Shown: positions 54,015 to 63,334, counted from the stretch's first letter. The stretch is DNA of 64,000 nucleotides from a bacterium (GCA_018653315.1 JABIAL010000016.1:3433-67432); one strand, 5' to 3'. The notes: generated by a model from the sequence alone, not told the origin. A program made the numbers and translations.

Positions 54015-54688
54015 CTGAACGCTTAGCAAAATTTTTGGCAAATCATGGAATTGCTTCTCGTCGTAAAGCTGAGGAATTAATTTTGGCAGGTCAAATAAAA
54101 GTAAATAACAAAATAATTACTGAAGTTGCTACTAAAGTAAGCGCAGAAGACGAAATAAAATTTGATAACAAAATAGTTGGTGATGTTGAAAAAGTTTATT
54201 ATTTATTAAACAAACCAGTTGACTATATTTGTTCAGTCAGTGATCCATATAATGATCAAAATGTTTTAGCGCTTGTGCCAAAAACTCCAGCAGTTTATCC
54301 AGTTGGGCGACTAGATAAAAACAGCCAAGGTTTATTGTTATTAACTAACGACGGAGATTTAACTTATCAATTAACTCATCCCAAGTTTAAGGTTGCTAAA
54401 AAATATTTAGTACGCGTTGATAAAGTTTTAGATAATAATATAATAAAAAAATTAAAAACCGGCATAAAATTAGAAGAAGGATTAGCAAAAGCTGATCAGG
54501 CAAAAATTAAAAACAAATTTGAATTAGAAATCACTTTACATCAAGGTTGGAAAAGACAAATTCGTCGAATGCTAGCAGAACTTAATCTAAAAGTCATTCA
54601 GCTAACTAGACTAAGTGAAGGTAAATTAAGTATAGAAGATTTGCCTCTAGGAAAATATAAAAAAATTAATAAGTCAGATATTATCTAA
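54011..54688 (+). CDS. RsuA/RluB-family pseudouridine synthase
   Basis: S4 domain (RLAKFLANHGIASRRKAEELI), catalytic GRLD motif (YPVGRLDKNSQGLLLLTNDG). Confidence 0.8.
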   Translation: MTERLAKFLANHGIASRRKAEELILAGQIKVNNKIITEVATKVSAEDEIKFDNKIVGDVEKVYYLLNKPVDYICSVSDPYNDQNVLALVPKTPAVYPVGRLDKNSQGLLLLTNDGDLTYQLTHPKFKVAKKYLVRVDKVLDNNIIKKLKTGIKLEEGLAKADQAKIKNKFELEITLHQGWKRQIRRMLAELNLKVIQLTRLSEGKLSIEDLPLGKYKKINKSDII

Positions 54689-55605
54689 TGTGGGAGTTAA
54701 TCGCTAAAGTTTTATTTGGTCTCAATTTATTGACCGTGCCTATCCAGCATGTGCCAAGTTTTAATTTGGAAAATATTGACGATAATTTAAACATTTCAGT
54801 AACGCAACAAAAATTTGAAGGAGAACAAGTTTTACCTCACAAAATAAACCCAGATTCTTTGGGAGTAAAAATTACCTCTCAATATTCTGCAATCATGGAC
54901 AAAGATAGCGGGGCTATTTTATGGCAACATAATGCTGATGAAGTTCGTTCTTTAGCTAGTATTACTAAGTTAATGACTGCCTTGGTTTTTTTGGATCATA
55001 ATCCTGGTTGGCAAACAATCATGACTATGGAGCAAAAAGATGAGATCAATGGCGGTGTGCCACATATAAAAAGAGACGAAAGAGCAAAAGTTAGAGATTT
55101 GTTTTATACTACTTTAATTGCTTCAGATAATACAGCAGCTCGTGCTTTGGTACGTAGTACAGGGATGGATAATGAGCAATTTGTTAAAAAAATGAATGAT
55201 AAAGCTACAGCCTTGGGTCTAAGTAGCACATATTTTGTAGATGTAACAGGTTTAAGCGTAGATAATAAATCGACAGCTTTAGATGTATTAAAGTTAGCTA
55301 AAGAAGCTTTGTCGCAAGAAGATATAAAAGCAGTGACCAGTAAACGAGTGTATAGTTTTACAACGGTTAGTGGACAGGCTCATCGTATTTTTTCAACTAA
55401 TAAATTATTGGACAGCTATCTTGATGTAGTGGCTGGTAAAACAGGTTTTATTACAGCATCAGGATATTGTTTGGTTGCAGAGATTACTGGTGCAGATGGA
55501 CATAATGTCATTGGGGTAGTTTTAGGCTCAGCTACACATGATGATCGTTTTCAAGATTTAAAAATTTTATCAGCTTGGGTGCTAGATAATTTTAGCTGGT
55601 CTTAA
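54688..55605 (+). CDS. D-alanyl-D-alanine carboxypeptidase (peptidase S11, low-molecular-weight PBP)
   Basis: SxxK (SITK), SxN (SDN) and KTG (KTGFI) motifs. Confidence 0.8.
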   Translation: MWELIAKVLFGLNLLTVPIQHVPSFNLENIDDNLNISVTQQKFEGEQVLPHKINPDSLGVKITSQYSAIMDKDSGAILWQHNADEVRSLASITKLMTALVFLDHNPGWQTIMTMEQKDEINGGVPHIKRDERAKVRDLFYTTLIASDNTAARALVRSTGMDNEQFVKKMNDKATALGLSSTYFVDVTGLSVDNKSTALDVLKLAKEALSQEDIKAVTSKRVYSFTTVSGQAHRIFSTNKLLDSYLDVVAGKTGFITASGYCLVAEITGADGHNVIGVVLGSATHDDRFQDLKILSAWVLDNFSWS

Positions 55606-55635
55606 AAGCCTTTTTGTTTTATAATAAATGGTATT

Positions 55636-56118
55636 ATGGATGCATTTTTAAATTTACCACCACAAATAGTTACTTTAATTTTGGCTATGTTGCCGGTGAC
55701 TGAGTTACGTCTTTCTATACCATTTGCTTTAGAGATATTACATTTACCAGTATGGGAGGCTTTTTTTTGGTCTATTATTGGTGATATGGTTTCAGCGGTT
55801 ATCATTGTTTATACCATGCAACCTATTACCAGATGGTTGCGGCGACATTGGCCATGGGCAGATCGAATGCTTGCGCGTGTTTTTATAAAAACTCGTGGTA
55901 GATTTGATAGTAGGTATTCTAAATTAGGTAAAGTGGCTTTGATAGTTTTTGTAGCTATTCCTTTGCCTGGTACTGGAGCCTGGTCTGGTTCAATGGCTGC
56001 TTGGTTATTTGGTATAGAAAAGAAAGAATCAATTGTTTATATATTTTTAGGGGTTATTTTATCTGGTATTTTAGTGACTCTTATTTCTTTAGGCTTTGTT
56101 CAATTGTTTAATTTATAA
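55636..56118 (+). CDS. small polytopic membrane protein (COG2426 / putative small multidrug-export-like family)
   Basis: 160 aa with 4 TM segments; motif PLPGTGAWSGSMAAWLFG. Confidence 0.4.
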   Translation: MDAFLNLPPQIVTLILAMLPVTELRLSIPFALEILHLPVWEAFFWSIIGDMVSAVIIVYTMQPITRWLRRHWPWADRMLARVFIKTRGRFDSRYSKLGKVALIVFVAIPLPGTGAWSGSMAAWLFGIEKKESIVYIFLGVILSGILVTLISLGFVQLFNL

Positions 56119-56123
56119 AAGCT

Positions 56124-56885
56124 ATGTCAAAAAAATTTCTTATTGCTAATTGGAAAATGAAGCTTAACGCCGAAGAATCTATTCAGTTAGCCAAGGATTT
56201 AAAAACTGAAATTAGTAAAGCTAAATTTGGTGCAGACAAAGAAATTGCTGTTGCTCCAGATTTTTTAAGCTGGCAGGCAGTAGCAAAAATATTAAAAAGT
56301 AGTAAAGTTAACATGGCTTGTCAGAATGCTTGGTATGAAGACAAAGGATCTTTTACTGGTGAGATTTCTTTGGCAATGTTAAAAGATTTAGGATGCCAGT
56401 ATGCTATTTTAGGTCATTCAGAAAGAAGAGCATTTTCTGGAGAAACAGATGAGTTGGTAAATAAAAAAGTAGCCACTGCTTTAAAACATGATATGACTCC
56501 AGTTGTTTGTGTTGGTGAGACATTTGAGCAACGTAAAGAAGGCAGAAAAGATGTGGTTATCATGAGGCAAGTACAAGAAGCCTTGCGAGAGATAGATATA
56601 AAACCAGAACAGACTTTGATTGTAGCTTATGAGCCGGTTTGGGCAATCGGTTCTGGTCAAGCAATGAATCCAGCTGAAGCAGAGCATACGGCTATGATTA
56701 TAAAACAAAGTTTAATCGATGTATTAGAGCATCAGGATTTACCTTTAGTAAAAATTGTTTATGGTGGTTCAGTTGACTCCAAAAACGTAGCTTCGTTTAC
56801 TAATATTGATGTTATTGACGGAGCTTTAATTGGCGGGGCAAGTTTAGATGCTAAAGAGTTTATTAATCTAATTAAAAAAGCTTAA
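56124..56885 (+). CDS. tpiA: triosephosphate isomerase
   Basis: ANWKMKLN, catalytic His region (ILGHSERR), AYEPVWAIGSG and GGS. Confidence 0.92.
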   Translation: MSKKFLIANWKMKLNAEESIQLAKDLKTEISKAKFGADKEIAVAPDFLSWQAVAKILKSSKVNMACQNAWYEDKGSFTGEISLAMLKDLGCQYAILGHSERRAFSGETDELVNKKVATALKHDMTPVVCVGETFEQRKEGRKDVVIMRQVQEALREIDIKPEQTLIVAYEPVWAIGSGQAMNPAEAEHTAMIIKQSLIDVLEHQDLPLVKIVYGGSVDSKNVASFTNIDVIDGALIGGASLDAKEFINLIKKA

Positions 56886-56889
56886 AAAT

Positions 56890-57759
56890 ATGATTGTACC
56901 AATTAGTAAAATTCTCACCAAAGCCAAACGACAGGGTTATGCTGTTGGCGCTTTTAATACTTCTAATTTAGAAATTACCTTAGCCATTGTCAGAGCAGCG
57001 GTAGCTCAAAAGTCGCCAGTTATTATTCAGACTTCACAGTCAGCTATTAAGTACTCTAATATTGAGACCTTATTTGGCATCATGACTAATTTGGCTAATA
57101 CTGTTGGCAAGAAAGTGCCAATCGCTATTCATTTGGATCACGGAAAAGATTTTTCTATTATCAAGGATTGTATTAGAGTAGGATATAATTCTGTTCATAT
57201 TGATGCTAGTTTAGAAAAATTTGCTACCAATGTTCGTTTGAGTAAGCAGATAATTAAATTAGCTCATCGTAAAAAATTGTGGGTACAGGCAGAATTGGGG
57301 GCTATTTTAGGCAAGGAAGGCTTAGTAAAATTAAAAACCGGTGAGATAAACATGGAGGAAATGATGACTGATCCAGTTGAAGCAGCTGATTTTGTGGCTC
57401 AAACTAAAGTTGACACCTTAGCCATCGCTGTCGGCACTATTCATGGACATTTTAAAGGCATTGAAAAAGTTGATCAAGTACGCTTGAAAAAAATTGCTAA
57501 TTTAGTTAAAGTACCTCTTATACTGCATGGTGGTAGTGGTTTATCTGCTCCAGTCTTTAAAAAGGCTATAAAAAATGGTGTTTCTGCTATTAATATTGAT
57601 ACTAACTTAAGGATAGCCTTTAGAAATGCCTTAAAAAAGAATATTAATACCAAGACTGATATGATTGATCCGCGTAAGATTTTGGCTCCATCTACAGATG
57701 CTATGCAGGCAGAAGTAGAAAAAACAATCAAGATTTTTGGCAGTAATAATAAAGCTTAA
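56890..57759 (+). CDS. fba: class II fructose/tagatose-bisphosphate aldolase
   Basis: GAFN, HLDHG and LHGGSG metal-binding motifs; 289 aa. Confidence 0.85.
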   Translation: MIVPISKILTKAKRQGYAVGAFNTSNLEITLAIVRAAVAQKSPVIIQTSQSAIKYSNIETLFGIMTNLANTVGKKVPIAIHLDHGKDFSIIKDCIRVGYNSVHIDASLEKFATNVRLSKQIIKLAHRKKLWVQAELGAILGKEGLVKLKTGEINMEEMMTDPVEAADFVAQTKVDTLAIAVGTIHGHFKGIEKVDQVRLKKIANLVKVPLILHGGSGLSAPVFKKAIKNGVSAINIDTNLRIAFRNALKKNINTKTDMIDPRKILAPSTDAMQAEVEKTIKIFGSNNKA

Positions 57760-57767
57760 GATTATTT

Positions 57768-58655
57768 ATGTTTAATATTGTATTTACAATTTTAATCATT
57801 GCCTCGCTTATATTTATTATTTGGTTAATAATTCAAAAATTACCAAAATTAATAAATATCAATGTAGCTAATTTGCCACATTTTCAAGTGAAGCAAAAAA
57901 AAGAAGATATTCTAAAGACTCGTATTAAAAGAGATTTAGTAAAGGTGTTTTCTAGTTGGCGACATATTTCATTACCGGCTCGTGATAGAGTTTTTGATTG
58001 GTTCAAAAATAATTATAGTAAACTAAAAGAATTAGAAAAAGATTTACGTCGTCGTAGTTTGCAACAATTTAGTTCAAGCCTTGATAAATCACAGACAGTT
58101 GATGAATTGTTATTAGAGGCAAAAAACGCTATTAATAACGAAGAGTACGATAAGGCAGAAAATTTATTATTAGAAGTTTTGGCAATTGACCAATACAGTA
58201 TAGAATCTTATAAAATATTAGCAGAGGTTTATCGAGATAAAAAAGAATACGAGCAAGCTAAAGAAACTTTGCAATATTTATTAAAGTTAACCCACAATGA
58301 AGATGCAGGAGTTTTTACTTCTCTAGCAGAGCTAGCACATACTCGTGGTAATCTAAAGCAGGCTGAAGATGAATATTTGCGTTCTATATCTTTGGCTGAG
58401 GATAATTATCTTAATTTTTTATCATTAGCAGAAGTATATATAGAGTTAGATGATCAAGAAAGTGCTTTAGAATCAGCTCAAAGAGCATTGTCGTTAGCTC
58501 CAAATAACCCTAAGGTTCTTGACTTTTTGATAAATATCAGTATAATTATTCAAGATAAAGAACTAGCCAAGAAGTATTTAGGTAGATTGAAAGAGGTAAA
58601 TCCAGAGAATCAGAAGATAGCTCATTTTATAGAGAATATTGATAAATTACATTAA
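57768..58655 (+). CDS. TPR-repeat protein with N-terminal TM anchor
   Basis: TM helix IVFTILIIASLIFIIWLI followed by several 34-aa TPR-like repeats (A...Y....G....A...Y). Confidence 0.6.
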   Translation: MFNIVFTILIIASLIFIIWLIIQKLPKLININVANLPHFQVKQKKEDILKTRIKRDLVKVFSSWRHISLPARDRVFDWFKNNYSKLKELEKDLRRRSLQQFSSSLDKSQTVDELLLEAKNAINNEEYDKAENLLLEVLAIDQYSIESYKILAEVYRDKKEYEQAKETLQYLLKLTHNEDAGVFTSLAELAHTRGNLKQAEDEYLRSISLAEDNYLNFLSLAEVYIELDDQESALESAQRALSLAPNNPKVLDFLINISIIIQDKELAKKYLGRLKEVNPENQKIAHFIENIDKLH

Positions 58656-58676
58656 TCATAATACAATTATATTGTG

Positions 58677-58712
58677 AGTTGGCTAGTGTTTTAGTCAACT
58701 TTTATTTTTTAC
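58677..58712 (+). terminator. intrinsic terminator
   Basis: gagttggct-agtgttt-agtcaactt (with g.u pairs) followed by ttatttttt. Confidence 0.5.
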
Positions 58713-58713
58713 A

Positions 58714-58819
58714 TGGGTCTGGTATCCTTCGGCGTTGCTCAGGATTACCGGACAATAATTTTTATATGGGTCTGGTATCCTTCGGCGTTGCTCAGGATTA
58801 CCGGACAATAATTTTTATA
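58714..58819 (+). repeat. two tandem 53-nt direct repeats whose 5' ends mimic the tRNA-Tyr 5' end (pseudo-tRNA fragments plus duplicated leader/promoter)
   Basis: tgggtctggtatccttcggcgttgctcaggattaccggacaataatttttata occurs at 58714 and 58767. A third phase begins at 58820 with the genuine tRNA-Tyr (gggtcggtaccgaagcgg). Confidence 0.7.
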
Positions 58820-58820
58820 T

Positions 58821-58906
58821 GGGTCGGTACCGAAGCGGTCAAACGGGGCAGACTGTAAATCTGCTGGCTTTCGCCTTCGGGGGTTCGAATCCCTCCCGGC
58901 CCACCA
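58821..58906 (+). tRNA. tRNA-Tyr (anticodon GUA), type II with long variable arm, CCA encoded
   Basis: Close to canonical bacterial tRNA-Tyr: ...ccgaagcggtcaaacggggcagacTGTAaatctgc..., long variable arm, T-loop ttcgaat, acceptor gggtcgg/ccggccc. Confidence 0.85.
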
Positions 58907-59049
58907 CTCGATTCGCTTTTTGCTTCGCAAAAGCTCACTCGTGGTCGCCGGTGCTTGATAGCACCTTTGACCTTTCTTTTTAAAGAATCGAGTGTCCCGA
59001 GCGAACGAAGAGAGTCGAGGGACATTCAAATAGGATAAAAAGAAAAGCA

Positions 59050-59301
59050 ATGAAGAAATACTATATTTATCTAGCTAGATGTAATGATCAAACCCTCTAT
59101 ACGGGATACACAAGTAATTTAATACAAAGAGAGGCTAAGCACAATGCAGGAGAAGGTGCGAAATACACCAGGGCTAGACGTCCAATACGAATTATTTATT
59201 CTGAGAAATTTAATACAATAAGCGAGGCCATGATAAGAGAATGCCAAATAAAGAGCTGGACAAAATTGAAGAAAGAAAAATTAATTAAGAAACAACCATA
59301 A
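59050..59301 (+). CDS. GIY-YIG nuclease-family protein (UPF0213-like, 83 aa)
   Basis: YYIYLARCNDQTLYTGYTSNLIQREAKHN contains the GIY...YIG motifs and the catalytic Arg/Glu pattern. Confidence 0.8.
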   Translation: MKKYYIYLARCNDQTLYTGYTSNLIQREAKHNAGEGAKYTRARRPIRIIYSEKFNTISEAMIRECQIKSWTKLKKEKLIKKQP

Positions 59302-59306
59302 TCTGT

Positions 59307-59381
<75 letters not shown>

Positions 59382-59487
59382 TTCGACTGCGTTTTACTCC
59401 ATAAAACTCCGCTCATGGCCGTTGGCCACTTACTATAACATTTTATATATATCAAAGTCGAATGTCCTGAGCGTAGCCGAAGGGCGT
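59382..59487 (+). repeat. tRNA 3'-trailer element: ttcgactgcg...ctccgctcatgg ... agtcgaatgtcctgagcgtagccgaagggcg
   Basis: Same motif pair as after tRNA-Glu, tRNA-Tyr, tRNA-Asn and tRNA-Lys. Confidence 0.6.
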
Positions 59488-59496
59488 TACAATAAC

Positions 59497-59517
59497 CAGC
59501 CGAAAGGCTGTTTTTTT
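59497..59517 (+). terminator. intrinsic terminator (GNRA-loop hairpin)
   Basis: cagcc-gaaa-ggctg followed by ttttttt. Confidence 0.7.
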
Positions 59518-59543
59518 ATACCTAAACATGCTATTTTGATGAT

Positions 59544-60401
59544 ATGCCAGAATTACCAGAAGTAGAAACAATTAGGCAAGATCTTAGTCAAAAGATTATT
59601 AATAAAAAGATTAAGTTAGTTGAAGTTCATAAAACTAACATGATTAAAGATGTTAAATCTAAGTTTATTAATAATTTAAAAAATAATCAGATAATCAGAG
59701 CTGATCGAATCGGCAAGTTGTTGATTTTTGATTTGGCTTCTGGAAATCATTTATTAGTTCATTTGAGAATGACTGGACAGCTTATCTATGTCTTAAAAAA
59801 TGATGTTACAGCTGGAGGACATGATTGGCCACAAGTAGATAGTCTACCAAATAAATATTCACATATTATTTTTCATTTTAGTGATAATTCTAAACTATTT
59901 TTCAATGATTTACGGCAGTTTGGTTATATGCAAATAGTAAATAGCCAAACTAAAGATGAAATTAAAAAGAAATTTGGTATTGAGCCATTACAAAGTGATT
60001 TTACTTGGAATAATTTTAAAAAATTATTAGCTAAGAAAAAAAGCATTTTAAAACTATTTTTATTAAATCAGCAAATGATTTCTGGTATTGGTAATATCTA
60101 TGCCGATGAAATTTGTTTTCGAGCTGGTGTGTTGCCAGACAGAAGATTGAATACCTTAACTGAGACTGAAAAGAAAAAAATATTTCAAACTTGCCAGTAT
60201 ATTATTAAAAAAGCGATAGAAAAAAGAGGAACAACTTTTAGTAATTACGTAGATAGCGATGCTAAAAGTGGAAACTTTTCAGATCAGCTCAAAGTTTATG
60301 GCAGAGGAGGAGAAAGATGTTTAAGTTGTCGACAAGAAATTATAAAAAAGGTAAGATTAGGAGGTAGGGGAACAACTTTTTGTCCTAATTGTCAAAAATA
60401 A
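59544..60401 (+). CDS. mutM: formamidopyrimidine-DNA glycosylase
   Basis: MPELPEVETIRQDL N-terminus (catalytic Pro2/Glu3), H2TH domain, C4 zinc finger CLSC...CPNC. Confidence 0.9.
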   Translation: MPELPEVETIRQDLSQKIINKKIKLVEVHKTNMIKDVKSKFINNLKNNQIIRADRIGKLLIFDLASGNHLLVHLRMTGQLIYVLKNDVTAGGHDWPQVDSLPNKYSHIIFHFSDNSKLFFNDLRQFGYMQIVNSQTKDEIKKKFGIEPLQSDFTWNNFKKLLAKKKSILKLFLLNQQMISGIGNIYADEICFRAGVLPDRRLNTLTETEKKKIFQTCQYIIKKAIEKRGTTFSNYVDSDAKSGNFSDQLKVYGRGGERCLSCRQEIIKKVRLGGRGTTFCPNCQK

Positions 60402-60416
60402 ATTAAAATAAATATT

Positions 60417-61064
60417 ATGAAAGCTAAACATTGGAATTATTTATCATGGCTAGTGATTTTGATCACTATTTTTGCTTCTGCTTATTTTTATGACAAATTA
60501 CCAGATCAAGTAGTCACTCATTGGAATGCGGCTGGTGAGCCAGATGGCTGGGGTAGTAAAAACTTCGTCACATTTTTTATACCAGGTTTATTGATAGGAA
60601 TGTATTTATTATTTCAATGGTTACCAAAACTTGATCCCAAAAAAGCAAATTATGCTAAATTTTTTAATATTTATAAAATATTTCAGTTTGTCATAATTGC
60701 ATTTTTAAGTTTTATGTATTTTATTACCACTCTATACAACATAGGTTGGAAAATTGACATTGGCGCTACCATTAGTATCGTTGTTGGTTTGATGATGGTC
60801 ATCTTTGGCTCTAACATGAAAAAGATCAAAACAAATTGGTTTATTGGTATTCGTACACCCTGGACATTATCTAGTGAAGTTGTTTGGAAAAAAACTCATG
60901 AATTTGCTGCCAAAATCTTTGTTTTTGGTGGCTTATTATTTATTATCATTAGTTTTTTACCAGCAGAGTGGTTTATGTGGTTATTGATATTAATTATTTT
61001 AGTATTGTTAAGTCCAGCTGTGTATTCTTATTTTATTTTTCGTGATATTAAAGAAAAGAGCTAA
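60417..61064 (+). CDS. DUF1648/SdpI-like membrane protein
   Basis: N-terminal VTHWNAAGEPDGWGSK motif typical of DUF1648, followed by SdpI-like TM helices. Confidence 0.5.
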   Translation: MKAKHWNYLSWLVILITIFASAYFYDKLPDQVVTHWNAAGEPDGWGSKNFVTFFIPGLLIGMYLLFQWLPKLDPKKANYAKFFNIYKIFQFVIIAFLSFMYFITTLYNIGWKIDIGATISIVVGLMMVIFGSNMKKIKTNWFIGIRTPWTLSSEVVWKKTHEFAAKIFVFGGLLFIIISFLPAEWFMWLLILIILVLLSPAVYSYFIFRDIKEKS

Positions 61065-61087
61065 TTTTAGCTAAAATGTCAATAAAA

Positions 61088-61118
61088 ACAATAGATAAAA
61101 GTCTATTGTTTTGTGTTT
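61088..61118 (+). terminator. intrinsic terminator
   Basis: caataga-taaaag-tctattg followed by ttttgtgttt. Confidence 0.5.
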
Positions 61119-61121
61119 AGG

Positions 61122-61150
61122 TTGACAAAAACGTAAATATATGCTATGAT
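61122..61150 (+). promoter_or_regulatory. sigma70 promoter (TTGACA-17-TATGAT)
   Basis: ttgaca at 61122-61127 and tatgat at 61145-61150. Confidence 0.55.
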
Positions 61151-61248
61151 TATATATCATTCAGAGAATTGCATATATCGTATTTTCTGAGATGTGCACC
61201 TTAAAAAAAGAACAAGAACAAGAAAATAAAGAAAGAAGGAGAAAGAAA

Positions 61249-62667
61249 ATGGAAACCTTACAGAGTTTTCTCATGAATTTGGGCTGGGGTCAGTCCATTA
61301 GTCACGGTATCGCTTGGGTTATGATTTGGATCGGCGTAGCGGCTGTTATTGCTTTGGTGCTATACAAAGTTTTGGCAGAACTTTTGACGTCAATGGATCT
61401 GTCAAAGAAGAAGAATAAACAAATTCTAGCACGTCTAAACGCCGCCTTTAGTGTTGCTTGGTTACTGTATTTTGTCATCCTACTTTGGATGCATAAGACT
61501 GGTAACTCAGTAGATGCAATTGTGCCAGAAATTGGAACGCCAAAATTTTCAATTCCTTGGTGGAAACTATTGTTTTCATCAATAGTTGTATTATCTGTTA
61601 TGCCGTTGTGGATTAAAACCCTTAGATCAAGTTTCTTTATTGACTTAAGGAACATCATCCAAGGTCAAGATCCTAAGTCAACTAACCCACCAAAACCGCA
61701 CTGGTTATCACTAGCTTCTGTCGTGTTATTAGTCTTAGGTCTGCTTTCTATTTTTTGGTTAGGCAAGGCGAGTATATATGTCTTACCATTAAGTTTGGCA
61801 GTTTCTTATTGGCTTGGTGGTATCATCATGGTGCCAATCAAGGAATACTACTTGCCTGTCTGGACTGAACAACCAATGTCTCTTATGGGCGATCTTGTTT
61901 CCAAGAAAGGTAAAGATCGTTATCATATCTTTAAGAGTGGTTTTCATTGGTTCTGGATTCCTACATGGTTTCCATGGTTCAAGATTTTCATGCTAAGACA
62001 TGAATCTGTGGAGCGTGTAGGTATCACTGCACAGGTGCCTACAGCACAGGCTGACGCTGGTGAGAGTGAGGATGATGCTGTTGATGCTAATATCATCGGT
62101 GCAACTATTGCTACTACCTTTCGTCTGACTTTAATGATTGGTCATGTGCCTAGTGTATTTTTGGACATGTCAAACGAGGAACAGGCTAGTATTTTGTTGG
62201 TGGCGATTCGTATCACCGAGGGTTGGTTAGCGAAGAATTATCGGGTTAAAAATATCCAAGAGATTATCTCTTGGGATCCGATGAAGCCTGAGTCTCCAGA
62301 AGACACTGCAGTCTTAGAAGATCTGAAGAATCTTTTATTACAGCGTATTGGTTGCAAGTTTGTTGGCATCCAGTTTATGGATCACAATCCAGCAGCAGAA
62401 CTGGAAGATGCATCTAATAAGTTGGCTGCAGTTCGAGCAGAAAAGCAACGAGAGGGCATTCTCGGTGAAGCTGCTGGTTTGCATCTTAATCAGGAGATTA
62501 AGCAGGTACTTAGTTTAATTGCAGTTGACCCTGAGCACCCTACTGCTGAAGAAAAAAGCTCTGCAATGAGATACATCATTGAGCGTGACGAGGCTTCTCG
62601 TTCAGCACATATTATGCCACGTGGTAGTGGTGGCGCTGGTGTGATGGTCAATCACCCTGGACAGTAA
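61249..62667 (+). CDS. polytopic membrane protein with C-terminal SPFH/band-7-like domain; GC-richer than background
   Basis: Start METLQSF preceded by AAGGAG-8-ATG (the ORF-track start at 61192 has no RBS). Four or more TM helices, then an SPFH-like core (...VERVGITAQVP....DAVDANIIGATIATTFRL....NEEQASILLVAIRITEGWL...) and a coiled-coil. Confidence 0.45.
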   Translation: METLQSFLMNLGWGQSISHGIAWVMIWIGVAAVIALVLYKVLAELLTSMDLSKKKNKQILARLNAAFSVAWLLYFVILLWMHKTGNSVDAIVPEIGTPKFSIPWWKLLFSSIVVLSVMPLWIKTLRSSFFIDLRNIIQGQDPKSTNPPKPHWLSLASVVLLVLGLLSIFWLGKASIYVLPLSLAVSYWLGGIIMVPIKEYYLPVWTEQPMSLMGDLVSKKGKDRYHIFKSGFHWFWIPTWFPWFKIFMLRHESVERVGITAQVPTAQADAGESEDDAVDANIIGATIATTFRLTLMIGHVPSVFLDMSNEEQASILLVAIRITEGWLAKNYRVKNIQEIISWDPMKPESPEDTAVLEDLKNLLLQRIGCKFVGIQFMDHNPAAELEDASNKLAAVRAEKQREGILGEAAGLHLNQEIKQVLSLIAVDPEHPTAEEKSSAMRYIIERDEASRSAHIMPRGSGGAGVMVNHPGQ

Positions 62668-62686
62668 ATATTTTTTGTTCTTAACC

Positions 62687-62722
62687 ACACCCCAGATTAG
62701 AGGATCTGGGGTGTTTTTTTAT
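62687..62722 (+). terminator. intrinsic terminator
   Basis: acaccccagat-tagagg-atctggggtgt followed by ttttttt. Confidence 0.75.
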
Positions 62723-62766
62723 CCAGCACTCACTTTTATTTTTTAGAAAAAAGTGAGCGCTGGATT
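62723..62766. repeat. 17-bp-arm inverted repeat (tccagcactcactttt..aaaagtgagcgctgga) directly after the terminator
   Basis: Seen directly; one mismatch in the arms. Confidence 0.5.
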
Positions 62767-62834
62767 TATTTTGCCAATATTAAGATTTATGGTATAGTTA
62801 ATTCAATAATATTTTAATAATTTAAAGTAAAATT

Positions 62835-63152
62835 ATGCCTCAACAACAAGAATTTGATATCTTAAAAGAACTTGGTTTAGACGATTTGCCAGAAGAAAAA
62901 AAGCAAGCTTTACGAGAACAAATTGTAGATGTAATCGAATCTCGATTTAATAGAGCTTTGCTAAATGCTATGTCTGAAGAAGACAAGAAAGGATTTGATA
63001 AAGTTTTGGAAAAAGGTGAAGGAGTAGATGAATTTATCCAAGCTAAAGTTCCAAATTTTGTGGAATTACATCAAGAAATTATAGCTGACCTTAAACAAGA
63101 AATGTTAAAAATGAACGAAGAAGTTTTTAATAATCCTCCAAAGGCGGAGTAA
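62835..63152 (+). CDS. hypothetical small acidic protein
   Basis: 105-aa ORF with coiled-coil character. Confidence 0.4.
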   Translation: MPQQQEFDILKELGLDDLPEEKKQALREQIVDVIESRFNRALLNAMSEEDKKGFDKVLEKGEGVDEFIQAKVPNFVELHQEIIADLKQEMLKMNEEVFNNPPKAE

Positions 63153-63164
63153 ACAAAAGATTAA

Positions 63165-63332
63165 ATGACTGATCAAGAAAGAATCAAAAAAATAGAAGAG
63201 ATTTACCAGATTTTTTTGACTGAATTAAGAGAATTAAAAGATAAAGCCGGTGCTAATACACAGGCTAAGATTAAATCTATTGAAAAAAAAGAAATAGATA
63301 AGATTTTAAATAAAATTCATAACCAATTATAA
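63165..63332 (+). CDS. hypothetical small protein (55 aa), not in the ORF track
   Basis: ATG...TAA ORF giving MTDQERIKKIEEIYQIFLTELRELKDKAGANTQAKIKSIEKKEIDKILNKIHNQL, in a compact array with its neighbours. Confidence 0.3.
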   Translation: MTDQERIKKIEEIYQIFLTELRELKDKAGANTQAKIKSIEKKEIDKILNKIHNQL

Positions 63333-63334
63333 TT

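Noticed and set aside
58745-59050. ORFs 58745..59050 and 58798..59025 on the minus strand
   Set aside because: They overlap tRNA-Tyr and its GC-rich trailer element. The GC-rich repeats create stop-free frames.
61192-61248. ORF-track start MCTLKKEQEQENKERRRKK for the SPFH-like gene
   Set aside because: There is no RBS at 61192 and it overlaps the -10 of the promoter. AAGGAG-8-ATG supports 61249.
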